Below are positions 9,383 to 19,684 of a stretch of 64,000 nt of DNA, piece after piece. The DNA comes from Candidatus Calditenuaceae archaeon HR02 (GTDB lineage: Archaea > Thermoproteota > Nitrososphaeria_A > Caldarchaeales > Calditenuaceae): positions 14,976 through 78,975 of the forward strand of contig BEHE01000010.1 in the NCBI GenBank assembly GCA_002898395.1, given 5' to 3'. Within the stretch, counting starts at the first letter, position 1. Every line of letters starts with the position of its first letter. Made by a program: the position numbers and the translations under genes. Under the pieces are notes generated by a model that worked only from the letters and a program-made list of their open reading frames with translations, was not told the origin of the DNA and made no database searches.

Positions 9383-10450
9383 TCACATTAATGGATTTTG
9401 TCCAATATTGTTTATAGTCCTAAATTCAAAGGATGGTAGGATCAGTTTTACACCACATAACTCGTCAAGTTTCCTTAAAAGGCCGGCCAGCCTCTCGTCC
9501 TTGACTAACTGCTCCACGTTTTTTACAAGCCTTAGCGTGGTGAGGAGTTTTCGCAACATGCGCGGCCCAAAAGGTGCCATCCTAAGAGACTTGTAGAGGG
9601 TCATTCTTTCCTCGATGCTGAAGGTTTTCCCATAGTTTTCCTTGAAATAGGTCTCCAACTCAACAAGGAGATGCTGTAAGCATTTCTCCTGACTGCTATA
9701 ACCGTAGAAGCAGTTGCGACAGTTTGGTGAAAAGACCTCCCTCATTGGCCCCTGTGGTCTCCTCCGGCTATATCTCACCCGCGCTATATGGTCGGCTTTT
9801 TTGAGTCTCTGCACTATCTTGTATATGGCCGCTATGCTCAAGCCGTAGGGCCGCATCTTCACATATATGTCCTCCACTGATACGTATATCTCTGTACAAA
9901 GGATGGACATGACTAGTTCCTCACTCCACGTGGGAATGCTTCGAAGTATAAGCTCTAAAGCCTCAACCAAATGTCTACTTCCAGCTCTCACCACTCCACC
10001 GTCGATCAGCTTTTCACTGTCGAGCACTCTCATTAGAATCTCCCTACATTTTGCGTGGTCTATGCCACTTACTTCTGCAATCATGTCGAGCGGGATATTT
10101 TCCCATCCTTTAGCGGAAGCTATATATAGTGTAGACCAGATGACTCGAACTGTCTCGTTTCTCCAACTTTTCCTAACTATCCATAGAAAATTTCTTAGAG
10201 CTTTGAAGACCTCGTTTTTCTGAATGAGATACGATGTTGGTGAAGTTTTTTGTTTTTGCAGCCCTAGGAGGCGAATGAGGTTTTCCAGAATAATCTCCGC
10301 CTCAGAGCGGCTTGGAAAGAGGAGGAGTCTCTCATCAAACTCCTCGATCCTGTAAAGTGGTGAGTGTATGAACCGATCCTCGCTCCATGCTAATGGAGGA
10401 TGTAAGGCTAGGAGAGTCATCAATAGGTTAGCTTGACCCTTGCCCCCCAC
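9383..10450 (-). CDS. hypothetical protein, probable multi-wHTH transcriptional regulator
   Basis: two HTH-like segments (LDMIAEVSGID; SIAAIYKIVQRLKK) and CRNC..C; divergent from the oxidoreductase operon. Confidence 0.55.
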   Translation of the reverse strand: MGGKGQANLLMTLLALHPPLAWSEDRFIHSPLYRIEEFDERLLLFPSRSEAEIILENLIRLLGLQKQKTSPTSYLIQKNEVFKALRNFLWIVRKSWRNETVRVIWSTLYIASAKGWENIPLDMIAEVSGIDHAKCREILMRVLDSEKLIDGGVVRAGSRHLVEALELILRSIPTWSEELVMSILCTEIYVSVEDIYVKMRPYGLSIAAIYKIVQRLKKADHIARVRYSRRRPQGPMREVFSPNCRNCFYGYSSQEKCLQHLLVELETYFKENYGKTFSIEERMTLYKSLRMAPFGPRMLRKLLTTLRLVKNVEQLVKDERLAGLLRKLDELCGVKLILPSFEFRTINNIGQNPLM

Positions 10451-10559
10451 AGTAGTTAGTTGGCTTAAAGACCTATATATTGCTTAATGAAGTCCCATTC
10501 AAATATAAGGTATTGTATATTGGACCGAGTAGAATATTTAATAGTGTATATAATTATGC

Positions 10560-10862
10560 ATGCCGATAACGATTTGTTGGGCCTTGTCGGCTCAAGCTTT
10601 GAAAATATTGCGTGAACCGATTAACCTAGCTTTGTTCCGGAGACCGTTGGGGCGGGTCTATGTTATACCTGAGAGGTGTAAAGAGTGTGGGTTTTGCTGG
10701 AGTTTCTGCCCCATGGACGTTCTCGAGCGGTCTGACGAGTTCAATCCAAATGGATATAGGTATCCTAAAGTCAAGTCAGGGAAGGAAAACGACTGCGTCA
10801 ATTGTAAGATGTGTAGCCTGATATGCCCTGAGCTAGCCATCTACACAGTTGAGGTGAGCTAG
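10560..10862 (+). CDS. korD: 2-oxoacid:ferredoxin oxidoreductase delta subunit (2x[4Fe-4S])
   Basis: CKECGFCWSFCP and CVNCKMCSLICP. Confidence 0.85.
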   Translation: MPITICWALSAQALKILREPINLALFRRPLGRVYVIPERCKECGFCWSFCPMDVLERSDEFNPNGYRYPKVKSGKENDCVNCKMCSLICPELAIYTVEVS

Positions 10863-10866
10863 CAGT

Positions 10867-12012
10867 ATGAGTAGCGGCTTGCCGAGGCCTGGTGTCCACT
10901 TCATGATGGGAAACTTCGCCTGTGTCGAGGCTGCCATACTTGCCGGGTGTAGGTTCTTCGCAGGATATCCCATCACTCCCTCCAGCGAGATCTTCGAGAG
11001 GGCTTGTGTAAGGTTTCCACAGGTCGGAGGGATAGCCGTTGAGATGGAGGATGAGATGGCGAGCGTGGCCGCCCTTATCGGCGCATCTTATGCAGGGGCC
11101 AAAGCTATGACTGCTACGTCCGGCCCTGGTTTCAGCTTGATGATGGAGAACATAGGATTGGCGTTCATAATGGAGGCGCCAATAGTGATCGTCAACGTTC
11201 AGAGGGCGGGGCCAAGCACCGGAATCCCCACTCTGATAGGACAGGGTGACGTTATGCAGGCTAGATGGGGTTCTCACGGGGACATTGAGACAGTAGTCTA
11301 CTCTCCCAGCAGCGTCCAAGAGTTCTTCGACCTAACAATTCAGGCATTTAATACGGCGGAAAGACTCCGCACACCCGTCATCGTGCTGACTGACCAGCTA
11401 GTAGGGCTGATGTGGGAGAAAGTAGTCATTCCATCACCTGAGGAGGTGAAAGTCGTGGAGAGAAAGATTATGGATGCGCGGCTCCTCTCTACGAGGCTAC
11501 CATTCGACTACACTGTAGACGTAAATCCAATGCCTATAGTGGGGACGGGCTGCAGAGTAAACATTGACAGCCTCACGCATGATGAGAGAGGCTACCCGAC
11601 CACATCCCAAGAGATTTCTGAAAAAATGCTTCGATATCTACTCGGCAAGATTAGGAACCACGCCCGTGAGCTTTGGCTGTATAAGGAATTCATGATCGAT
11701 GATGCAGAGGTGGTTGTGGTTGCCTATGGATCTACGGCTAGGTCGGCCTTGAATGCTGTTAAGCAGGCCCGTTCACGGGGGATTAAGGCTGGGTTACTTC
11801 AGCTCATCACCCTATGGCCCTTCCCGAGCGATGTGATTGAGAAGGTAAGCCAGCACGTCAACGCCCTCGTAGTGCCTGAGATAAACTTCGGCCAGCTCGT
11901 ACACCCCATCAGGGAGTACGCCAAATGCCCAATCCTAGAGGTTAACTGGGCTCCAGGCAGTCTGATAGAACCGAACGTCATCTTAGACGCCGTGGGGGTG
12001 GCTGCGGCGTGA
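10867..12012 (+). CDS. korA: 2-oxoacid:ferredoxin oxidoreductase alpha subunit
   Basis: GYPITPSSE, TATSGPGFSLM, QRAGPSTG. Confidence 0.93.
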   Translation: MSSGLPRPGVHFMMGNFACVEAAILAGCRFFAGYPITPSSEIFERACVRFPQVGGIAVEMEDEMASVAALIGASYAGAKAMTATSGPGFSLMMENIGLAFIMEAPIVIVNVQRAGPSTGIPTLIGQGDVMQARWGSHGDIETVVYSPSSVQEFFDLTIQAFNTAERLRTPVIVLTDQLVGLMWEKVVIPSPEEVKVVERKIMDARLLSTRLPFDYTVDVNPMPIVGTGCRVNIDSLTHDERGYPTTSQEISEKMLRYLLGKIRNHARELWLYKEFMIDDAEVVVVAYGSTARSALNAVKQARSRGIKAGLLQLITLWPFPSDVIEKVSQHVNALVVPEINFGQLVHPIREYAKCPILEVNWAPGSLIEPNVILDAVGVAAA

Positions 12013-12860
12013 CCCAGGTAGTCAAGGCCCGGCGCCATCCCAGGGATAGCCTATTACGAAGTGAGAGGCTTCCGCACATTTGGTGCCCCGGATGTGGCAT
12101 CGGCATAATCATGGCCGCCTATGCAGACGCCATAGAGGCATCAGGTATTCCACCTGAGAAGCATGTCTGCATCTCCGGAATAGGCTGTACTGGGAGGGTT
12201 TCCGGCTACATGCATCTCGACTCATTCCATACGACACATGGCCGAGCCATAGCCTTCGCCACAGGCCTATCTCTTGTGAGGCCTGACCTGGAGGTCACCG
12301 TCATCTCAGGTGATGGGGACATCTGTACGATAGGTGGGAACCATTTGATACATGCTGCTAGGAGGAACGTCGACATCAACGTGATAATGGTAAACAACTT
12401 CAACTATGGTATGACGGGGGGCCAGCACGGCGGTACCACACCCCTCGGAGCAAAGACATACACATCACCTTACGGCAATTTTGAAGCCCCATTCAACATA
12501 CCCTATCTAGTGGCCGCTGCAGGAGCCTCGTTCGTGGCTAGATGGACGACCCTACACGTAAGGCAGCTGATCAATGCAATGAAGCGCATGATGAGTGTGG
12601 AGGGTTTCTCTTTCATTGAGGTCATATCGCCTTGTCCACCCACGTTCGGCGAGTTCAACAACTTTCCTGAAGCCCTCGATATGATGGAGTACTTCAGGAA
12701 GTATTCGGTGATAGACCATAATGCCGATCTAAGCAAGATAGGCATACGCCTCCAAGGCGAGCCACTGGTTGTCGGAAACTTCGTTGACAAGAGGAGGCCG
12801 AGCTACCAGGAGCTTGTGCAGGAAACTATCAGAAAAGCTGCCGGGAGGGAGAGCGTTTGA
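12009..12860 (+). CDS. korB: 2-oxoacid:ferredoxin oxidoreductase beta subunit
   Basis: WCPGCG, SGIGC, GDGD..NN TPP motif, YGMTGGQ. Confidence 0.93.
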   Translation: MTQVVKARRHPRDSLLRSERLPHIWCPGCGIGIIMAAYADAIEASGIPPEKHVCISGIGCTGRVSGYMHLDSFHTTHGRAIAFATGLSLVRPDLEVTVISGDGDICTIGGNHLIHAARRNVDINVIMVNNFNYGMTGGQHGGTTPLGAKTYTSPYGNFEAPFNIPYLVAAAGASFVARWTTLHVRQLINAMKRMMSVEGFSFIEVISPCPPTFGEFNNFPEALDMMEYFRKYSVIDHNADLSKIGIRLQGEPLVVGNFVDKRRPSYQELVQETIRKAAGRESV

Positions 12861-13414
12861 GACACGAGGTTAGGATCACAGGGCTAGGTGGCCAAGGGGC
12901 CATAACGGCTGGTCATATACTTGGAAGAGCCGCGGCAATATACGGAGACAAGGAAGCAGTAGTGACTGAGGGCTACAGCCCATACATAACCGGCGGCTGG
13001 TCGAGAGCCGACGTAATAATCTCCGACGAACCCATAGACTACCCGCTTATCACCAAGCTAGACGTCTTAGCCACAATGTATGATGAAGGTTTTGTTCAAA
13101 ACCTTAGACACGTCAAAAGCAGAGGTGTAATAATAACCGTGAAAGAGCTAGTCAAACATTCTTCAAAGGATCACAAGGTTTTGCCGATACCTGCCATCGA
13201 GGTAGCTGAGCAGTTAGGAAGAAGGATAGTCGCTAATATCGTGATACTCGGGGCCATAACTGCTGTCTTGGGTACACCACCCCTAGAGTCGGTTGAGAAG
13301 GCACTGGCCGACAGGTTTCCAAAGGCGGTTGAGCTTAACCGCAAAGCTGTACAACAAGGCTACAGCATAGCATCTGAGCTGCTCGCAAGCACAGATGTTT
13401 TGGAGGAGAGGTGA
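12857..13414 (+). CDS. korC: 2-oxoacid:ferredoxin oxidoreductase gamma subunit
   Basis: GLGGQGAITAG, ANIVILGA. Confidence 0.88.
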   Translation: MRHEVRITGLGGQGAITAGHILGRAAAIYGDKEAVVTEGYSPYITGGWSRADVIISDEPIDYPLITKLDVLATMYDEGFVQNLRHVKSRGVIITVKELVKHSSKDHKVLPIPAIEVAEQLGRRIVANIVILGAITAVLGTPPLESVEKALADRFPKAVELNRKAVQQGYSIASELLASTDVLEER

Positions 13415-16400
13415 AAGGGCTGGCAGACGCTGTCCTGGTTATAGGAGGCGGGATAGCGGGGGTTCAGGCATCACTCGACCTAGCCAAGGCCGGTGCCAAG
13501 GTCTACCTTGTCGAAAAAAGTCCCGTGATAGGAGGGCGGATGGCTGCACTAGACAAAAACTTCCCCACCATGGATTGCTCGATCTGTATAGAGGCACCCA
13601 AGCTAAGCGAGGTGATGCAGAACAAAAACATCAAGGTCTTAACGCTGGCGGAGGTCGTTGAAGCTCGAGGCGAGGCTGGAAACTTTCACGTAAAAGTTGT
13701 CCAGAAGCCCCGCTTCGTCACTGATGAATGTACGAGGTGCGGTGACTGTGTGCCCGCATGCCCAGTCATACTGAAGAACGAGTTTGATGTAGGGATGGGT
13801 GCTAGGAAGGCTATATACCTCCCCTTCGACCAAGCCGAGCCGGGGACGTACGTAATAGACATTGAGAACTGTTTAAACAAGCCGCCCAACTATCTGCCCT
13901 GTAACAGATGTGTCGAGGCATGCGGGCCAAAATGCATAGATTTCGAGATGAAAGAGAAAATCCATGAACTGAATGTGGGCGCAATAATAGTTGCAGCTGG
14001 CTCGGACCTCTTCGACGCCTCATTAATTCCGGAGCTAGGCTATGGAAGACACCCCGACATCCTCACAGCAATGGAACTCGAAAGACTTCTACAATCGAGT
14101 GGCCCCTCAAGGGGCGAGGTCATAAAGCCCAGCAACCACCGCCACCCAGAAAGAGTAGCGTTCATCCTATGCGTGGGGGCTCGCGACAATAGGTTTTATG
14201 GTTTCTGTAGCAGGGTCTGCTGCATGTACAGCATCAAGGAGGCGTTGCAGCTTGTTGACCATGGAATCAAAGATGTCACGGTCTTCTACATGGATATAAG
14301 AGCTTATGGAAAAGGCTTCGACGAGATGTTTGAGAGAGCGAAGAAGAGTGGTGTCAGGTTTATACGAAGCAGGCCTGGAAGAGTTATACCCAATGGTGAC
14401 CGCATAGAGGTATTCTATGAGGACACGACTACTGGAGAGTTAAGGAAAGAAACTTTTGACATGGTTGTCCTTTCAACAGCTCTCGTACCATCAGAAGAGT
14501 TAAACAGGTTAGCTAAAACCTTGGGGATAGAGGTGGGCGAAGATGGCTTCATCAAAGCATATGAAATAGACGGAGACTTCGTCGGGACATCGAGGAGGGG
14601 GATATATGTCTGTGGCTGCGCAGCCGGTCCTAAAGACATTCCTGACAGCGTTACAGAGGCCGGTGCGGCTGCTGCAAAAGCGCTAACCCATCTGACTTCA
14701 AGGGTCGTAGAGCCTGAAATCTTCGAGGAGACCATAGACGCCTCGGGGGAGCCCCGGATCGGTGTATTCATCTGCCATTGTGGCTCCAACATAGCGGGAG
14801 TGGTTGATATAAAAACTGCCGTTGAGCAGTCCAAGAAAATACCCTATGTAGTGCATGTAGAAGACCAGAAATTCTCGTGCTCTGGAGCGGGTACGAAGCA
14901 TATAGAGAACGTGATAAGGGAGAAGAGGCTTAACAGGGTTGTTGTGGCGGCCTGCTCGCCGAAGACTCATAGCCCAACCTTCATGAGAGCCTGTGCCAGG
15001 GCTGGACTTAACCCATACCTCCTGGAGATGGCTAACATACGCAACCTTAACTCATGGGTCCACAAAAACCAGCCAGAAGAGGCCACAAGAAAAGCTATAG
15101 ACCTAATCTCTATGGCGGTTGCTAAAGTGGTCTTACAAAACCCAATGACCAAGCTATCAACCCCCGTCCTGCAAAAGGTCCTAGTCATAGGAGGGGGTGT
15201 GGCTGGGATGACTGCCGCCACTGCCCTCGCAGAGATGGGATTCGAGACACATCTAGTTGAGAAGGAACATGAGCTGGGCGGTCTCCTCAGATATTTCAGA
15301 GAAATTGCTCCATCCGGCATAGATGCCCAGAGCTTCTTGCAATGGAAGATAAAACAGCTGGAGAAATCAGGTGCCAAGATTCATCTGGGTACAGAGGTAG
15401 CCGAGGTAACGGGTTTCGTCGGAAACTATCATGTTACACTTTCTAACGGAGAGGAACTCGATGTAGGCGCCATAATATTGGCCACAGGAGGTAAGGTTCA
15501 CGAGCCAAGCTGGCCCAAAATAGAAGCCGATAAGCCAAGGGTCGCGACGCTACTCAGATACGAGATAGATGGCGTCCCAGAAGACGCTAGAAACATAGTC
15601 TTCATAGGATGTGTGGGTTCAAGAAACATGATCAGGGGATGCTCAAGATATTGCTGCCAAACCATCATTTATCATGCCCTCAAGCTTAGGAGAAGTGGCA
15701 AGAACGTCTCAGTAATTGTCAAAGATGTCAGGACCTATGGGAGGGGGGCTGAGAAGCTGTATAGGAAAGCCTGCGAAGAGGGTGTGAGGTTTATCAGAGT
15801 GGAGACAGAGAAGCCAATTGAAGACCTTGTTCGAATAGGAGAAGAAGGCATAACAGTACGAGACATCACAATTGGAGAGACACTAAACATACCCGCAGAC
15901 TACATCGTTCTGGCCACGGCCATAGACCCTCCTGCAGAGATAGCGGCGGCCCAGCAGCTCAGAGTCGCCAAGGACTCGGAGGGATTCTTCCTCGAACTCC
16001 ACCCGAAGCTGGGGCCTGTCGAATCGATAACACAGGGCGTCTTCCTCGCAGGTATCGCCCAAGGACCCAAAGATGTTGGGGAGAGCATTTCGCAGGGATT
16101 GGCCGCCTCAGCAAAGGCAGCCGCACTGCTCACATCATCACAGCTTGAGAAAGAGCCCTTAATCCCAATCATAAATCCGCAAAAATGTACAAAATGTATG
16201 AGGTGCGCCCAGGTCTGCCCATATGGTGCGATTAAGGGCGAGCTGAGGAAATGGATAGAGATTATACCGGGCCTCTGCCAGGGATGTGGCGCATGTGTTT
16301 CTGAGTGCAATGTTGAAGGAGCTATAACAATGCCAGGATTCACGGATGAGCAATTGATGGCGCAAATAGATGCGGCGTTAGCCGAAAACCCAGAAGAGAA

Positions 16401-16797
16401 GGCGATAGTTTTCGCATGTAATTGGTGCAGCTACGCCGGCGCAGACTTGGCCGGCATCCTCAAAATACAGTACCCGCCAACATGCCGGGTTATACGCACA
16501 ATGTGCTCTGCAAGAGTCTCGCAGAAGCTTATTCTATACGCATTCAAAAAAGGCGCAGGTGCCGTCTTCGTCACAGGATGCTGGCCACAAGACTGCCACT
16601 ACAACTATGCCAACCTCAACACAAAGAGGCGTTACGAACACTGGCTCAAAATAGTACAGGCCAGAAACATAGACCCAAAGAGACTCCAGCTCCACTGGAT
16701 AAGCGCCGCCGAGGCCAAGAGATTTGCAGAGAAAATGACAGAGGCCCATGAGGTCGTAATGAGTTTGAAGAAGGATAAGATGCGGGTGGGTGGCTAA
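13411..16797 (+). CDS. hdrA: heterodisulfide reductase A-like flavoprotein (two HdrA modules) fused to MvhD
   Basis: two GGGxAG FAD motifs, LDKNFPTMDC, CSRVCC, CHCGSNIAG, ferredoxin motifs, C-terminal FACNWCSYAGAD..MCSARV..GC..DCHY. Confidence 0.92.
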   Translation: MKGLADAVLVIGGGIAGVQASLDLAKAGAKVYLVEKSPVIGGRMAALDKNFPTMDCSICIEAPKLSEVMQNKNIKVLTLAEVVEARGEAGNFHVKVVQKPRFVTDECTRCGDCVPACPVILKNEFDVGMGARKAIYLPFDQAEPGTYVIDIENCLNKPPNYLPCNRCVEACGPKCIDFEMKEKIHELNVGAIIVAAGSDLFDASLIPELGYGRHPDILTAMELERLLQSSGPSRGEVIKPSNHRHPERVAFILCVGARDNRFYGFCSRVCCMYSIKEALQLVDHGIKDVTVFYMDIRAYGKGFDEMFERAKKSGVRFIRSRPGRVIPNGDRIEVFYEDTTTGELRKETFDMVVLSTALVPSEELNRLAKTLGIEVGEDGFIKAYEIDGDFVGTSRRGIYVCGCAAGPKDIPDSVTEAGAAAAKALTHLTSRVVEPEIFEETIDASGEPRIGVFICHCGSNIAGVVDIKTAVEQSKKIPYVVHVEDQKFSCSGAGTKHIENVIREKRLNRVVVAACSPKTHSPTFMRACARAGLNPYLLEMANIRNLNSWVHKNQPEEATRKAIDLISMAVAKVVLQNPMTKLSTPVLQKVLVIGGGVAGMTAATALAEMGFETHLVEKEHELGGLLRYFREIAPSGIDAQSFLQWKIKQLEKSGAKIHLGTEVAEVTGFVGNYHVTLSNGEELDVGAIILATGGKVHEPSWPKIEADKPRVATLLRYEIDGVPEDARNIVFIGCVGSRNMIRGCSRYCCQTIIYHALKLRRSGKNVSVIVKDVRTYGRGAEKLYRKACEEGVRFIRVETEKPIEDLVRIGEEGITVRDITIGETLNIPADYIVLATAIDPPAEIAAAQQLRVAKDSEGFFLELHPKLGPVESITQGVFLAGIAQGPKDVGESISQGLAASAKAAALLTSSQLEKEPLIPIINPQKCTKCMRCAQVCPYGAIKGELRKWIEIIPGLCQGCGACVSECNVEGAITMPGFTDEQLMAQIDAALAENPEEKAIVFACNWCSYAGADLAGILKIQYPPTCRVIRTMCSARVSQKLILYAFKKGAGAVFVTGCWPQDCHYNYANLNTKRRYEHWLKIVQARNIDPKRLQLHWISAAEAKRFAEKMTEAHEVVMSLKKDKMRVGG

Positions 16798-17937
16798 ATG
16801 TACCGGAGCCTTTCAGAGCTTTTCACCGACAGGGTATTGGCCGAAAGCATCACAGCCTGCTTCCAGTGCGGAGCATGCACAGCAGCCTGCCCCCTCAACA
16901 TCTTCGACGGCCTAAAACTAAGTCCAAGACAGTTTCTCCGAAGGATGCAACTAGGCCTACCCATAAACATCGAGCCGTATCTCTGCATGATGTGCAAAGC
17001 CTGCGAAACAGTCTGTCCGCGAAATGTTAAAATCACAAAAATAATTCACGAGCTAAGAAAAATCTGGTTTAGGAACAATAGAGTCCCCACGCCTCTCACT
17101 CAAGCGCTCTGGAAGATCTATGAGGATGGAAATCCGTGGGGCTACCCGTCACGGACAAGAGGCCAGTGGCTCGATAAGCTAGACGTAAACATATCTAAGA
17201 AGAAGGGCGAAACACTCCTCTATGTCGGATGCATCTCATCTTACGATATACGCCTCCAGGGGATAGCAACTGCTATCGTAAAACTTTTACTTAAAGCGGA
17301 GGTTGATTTCACAGTTCTCGGTGATGAAGAGAGGTGTTGCGGGGACCCAGTATACCATACGGGCGAAACAGACTTCTTAGAGGAGTTGATCAACGAAAAC
17401 ATAGCCAAATTCAACTCCGTGGGTGTGAGAAGAATAGTAGCCCTCTCTCCCCACTGCTACATTATGTTCCGGGATATCTATCCCAAGTATGGAGGTGAAT
17501 ATGAAGTCCTTCACTACACAGAGTATCTTGCAGAACTCATAGACTCTGGAAAACTATCAATCGATACACGATTAGAAGCTAGAGCAACCTATCATGACCC
17601 ATGCTATTTAGGTAGATATGCTAAGATATACGAGCAGCCGCGAAGACTGGTAGAGAGCGTTAAAGGACTCTCATTTTCGGAGATGAGCCTCTCAAAAGAA
17701 CTATCACTCTGCTGTGGTGGAGGAGGGGGACGGATACTGATGGAGTCAAAACCCGAGGAAAGGCCCTCAAACATAAGAGTCAAACAGGCAGTTGAGACGG
17801 GGGCAGAAATCCTGCTAACTTCGTGCCCCTACTGCATAATAAACTTCGAAGACTCCGCAAAGATCCAGAAAGCGCCCCTCAAGGTAATGGATGTTGCAGA
17901 GCTTCTACAAGCTGCAGCAGGTGGTCAAGATGGGTGA
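16798..17937 (+). CDS. HdrD/GlpC-like Fe-S oxidoreductase (CCG domains)
   Basis: CFQCGACTAACP, CMMCKACETVCP, RCCG, YHDPCYLGR, CCGGGGG, SCPYC. Confidence 0.9.
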   Translation: MYRSLSELFTDRVLAESITACFQCGACTAACPLNIFDGLKLSPRQFLRRMQLGLPINIEPYLCMMCKACETVCPRNVKITKIIHELRKIWFRNNRVPTPLTQALWKIYEDGNPWGYPSRTRGQWLDKLDVNISKKKGETLLYVGCISSYDIRLQGIATAIVKLLLKAEVDFTVLGDEERCCGDPVYHTGETDFLEELINENIAKFNSVGVRRIVALSPHCYIMFRDIYPKYGGEYEVLHYTEYLAELIDSGKLSIDTRLEARATYHDPCYLGRYAKIYEQPRRLVESVKGLSFSEMSLSKELSLCCGGGGGRILMESKPEERPSNIRVKQAVETGAEILLTSCPYCIINFEDSAKIQKAPLKVMDVAELLQAAAGGQDG

Positions 17938-18901
17938 GATCTGGTCTTTTGTGGAAGTAGGGCCCGAAGGGATCGAAGCCGTGTCACTGGAGATAATCGG
18001 TAAAGCGGCTGAGCTTGGGGATCAGAGCAACATGAGAACAGCTGCAGTCCTAACGGGGTGGGGAATGGAAAAAATTGTCAAAGAAGTCTCAAGATACCCA
18101 GTCGATAGGGTGTACTATGTTGAACATGGCGAGTTGGCCTTTTACGATCCGGCGAAACACGCAAATGCCCTACACCAACTGGTTGAAAAGGAGAAACCCG
18201 AGATAGTGCTCTTCGGAGCGACATATAATGGAGTCGACATAGCCGCTAGGTTGGCCATTAGGGCTGAAGCAGGCCTAATAGCTCATGTGACATACCTCGG
18301 CATAGACCCCTCAGACGGAAGGCTCGTAGGACATGTACCAGGATTCGGTGGAGGCATCGTAGCAGTCTGCAAATGCAGGCCAGGCGTTCTACAGATAGCC
18401 ACAGTGAGGCCGGGGGTTTTCGAGAGACCAATCCCAACAGGACATGAGGCGGAGATCCATAGGTTTAGCCCGAAGCTCCACCCAACGAATGGGTGGAGAA
18501 TCGTCGAGAGACGTGTAGCGAAGGTGGTGGACATTACGCGGGCTGAAAAAGTCGTCGTGGCGGGCATGGGGACGGGTGGAGAACTCTCCCTCGCTAAGAC
18601 GCTCGCTCAGAAGTTGGGCGCACAACTGGCGGTGACAAGGCCTCTAGCAGACTTGGGGCTCGCTCCCAGAGACGTCCAAGTAGGCTCCACTGGCGTCAGC
18701 CTAAGATCCAATATAGCTTTAATCCTTGGAGTGAGTGGGGCATCACACTTCGTCTCAGGAATACGGGATGTGAAAACAGTAATCTCGATCAATATTGACA
18801 GAAATGCGCCAATATTCCAGTTCTCCGACTACTGTGTAGAGGCCGACCTCTTCAAACTAGTCCCAAAGATTATTGAAGAGTTTGAGAAGGAGGGTGCATA
18901 A
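17930..18901 (+). CDS. etfA: electron transfer flavoprotein alpha subunit
   Basis: ATVRPGVF, QVGSTG, GVSGASHF, INIDRNAPIF. Confidence 0.92.
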   Translation: MGEIWSFVEVGPEGIEAVSLEIIGKAAELGDQSNMRTAAVLTGWGMEKIVKEVSRYPVDRVYYVEHGELAFYDPAKHANALHQLVEKEKPEIVLFGATYNGVDIAARLAIRAEAGLIAHVTYLGIDPSDGRLVGHVPGFGGGIVAVCKCRPGVLQIATVRPGVFERPIPTGHEAEIHRFSPKLHPTNGWRIVERRVAKVVDITRAEKVVVAGMGTGGELSLAKTLAQKLGAQLAVTRPLADLGLAPRDVQVGSTGVSLRSNIALILGVSGASHFVSGIRDVKTVISINIDRNAPIFQFSDYCVEADLFKLVPKIIEEFEKEGA

Positions 18902-19684
18902 ATGGAGATAGTAGTGTGTGTTAAGGTTGTTCCGAAGGTCGAGCAAGTCAGATTGGACCCTATAACCAAAACCGTAGATAGGACATCTGCTGAGAACGAG
19001 CTTAACGACGCTGATAAAAACGCCGTCGAGGCTGCGCTACAACTAAAAGACAGATATGGCAGCAGGGTCACGGTGCTATCAATGGGGCCGCTATTCTTCG
19101 AGCCTCTCCTAAAACTGTGTGTGGCTATGGGTGCTGACGATGCGATACTCCTCTCCGACAAGGCCTTCGCAGGTGCAGACACCTACGCGACATCATACGT
19201 CTTAGCCCAGGCCATAAAGAGGCTAAGACCGGACATAATCCTCTGCGGCGAAAGCACCTCCGACTCAGGGACTGCCCAGGTTCCTCCCCAAATAGCAGAG
19301 TGGCTCGGATACCCGAACATCTCCTACGTATCACACATCAGCATAGAGGATAGAGTTGTAGTGGCTAAACGCACAGTAAAAGGCGGATACGAAGTAGTGA
19401 AAGTACCATTACCTGTAGTTATGTCGGTAGAGCTAGGAAGCAACACGCCGAGATTCCCTGACTTTAAGAGAAAGAGATGGGCCGAACGAGAATTCAAAAT
19501 AACCATATGGACCGCTAACGACCTCGAGCTAGACCTAAACCTCACGGGCAAGACAGGGTCAAAGACAGAAGTAATAGAGCTCCACCCAATAGCACCACCA
19601 CAGAGGCTGAGAAAGTTTCTAGAGGGTTCAGAAGAAGAAAAAGCGAGGGCAATCATAAAAATAATCAGAGAGTCAAAAGGCTAA
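18902..19684 (+). CDS. etfB: electron transfer flavoprotein beta subunit
   Basis: IVVCVKVVP, DKNAVEAAL, AMGAD, FAGADTYAT, DSGTAQV. Confidence 0.93.
   Translation: MEIVVCVKVVPKVEQVRLDPITKTVDRTSAENELNDADKNAVEAALQLKDRYGSRVTVLSMGPLFFEPLLKLCVAMGADDAILLSDKAFAGADTYATSYVLAQAIKRLRPDIILCGESTSDSGTAQVPPQIAEWLGYPNISYVSHISIEDRVVVAKRTVKGGYEVVKVPLPVVMSVELGSNTPRFPDFKRKRWAEREFKITIWTANDLELDLNLTGKTGSKTEVIELHPIAPPQRLRKFLEGSEEEKARAIIKIIRESKG

Noticed and set aside
13411-17937. methanogenesis marker
   Set aside because: No mcr, mtr, hdrBC or hydrogenase genes in the window; Hdr-like proteins are common in non-methanogens.
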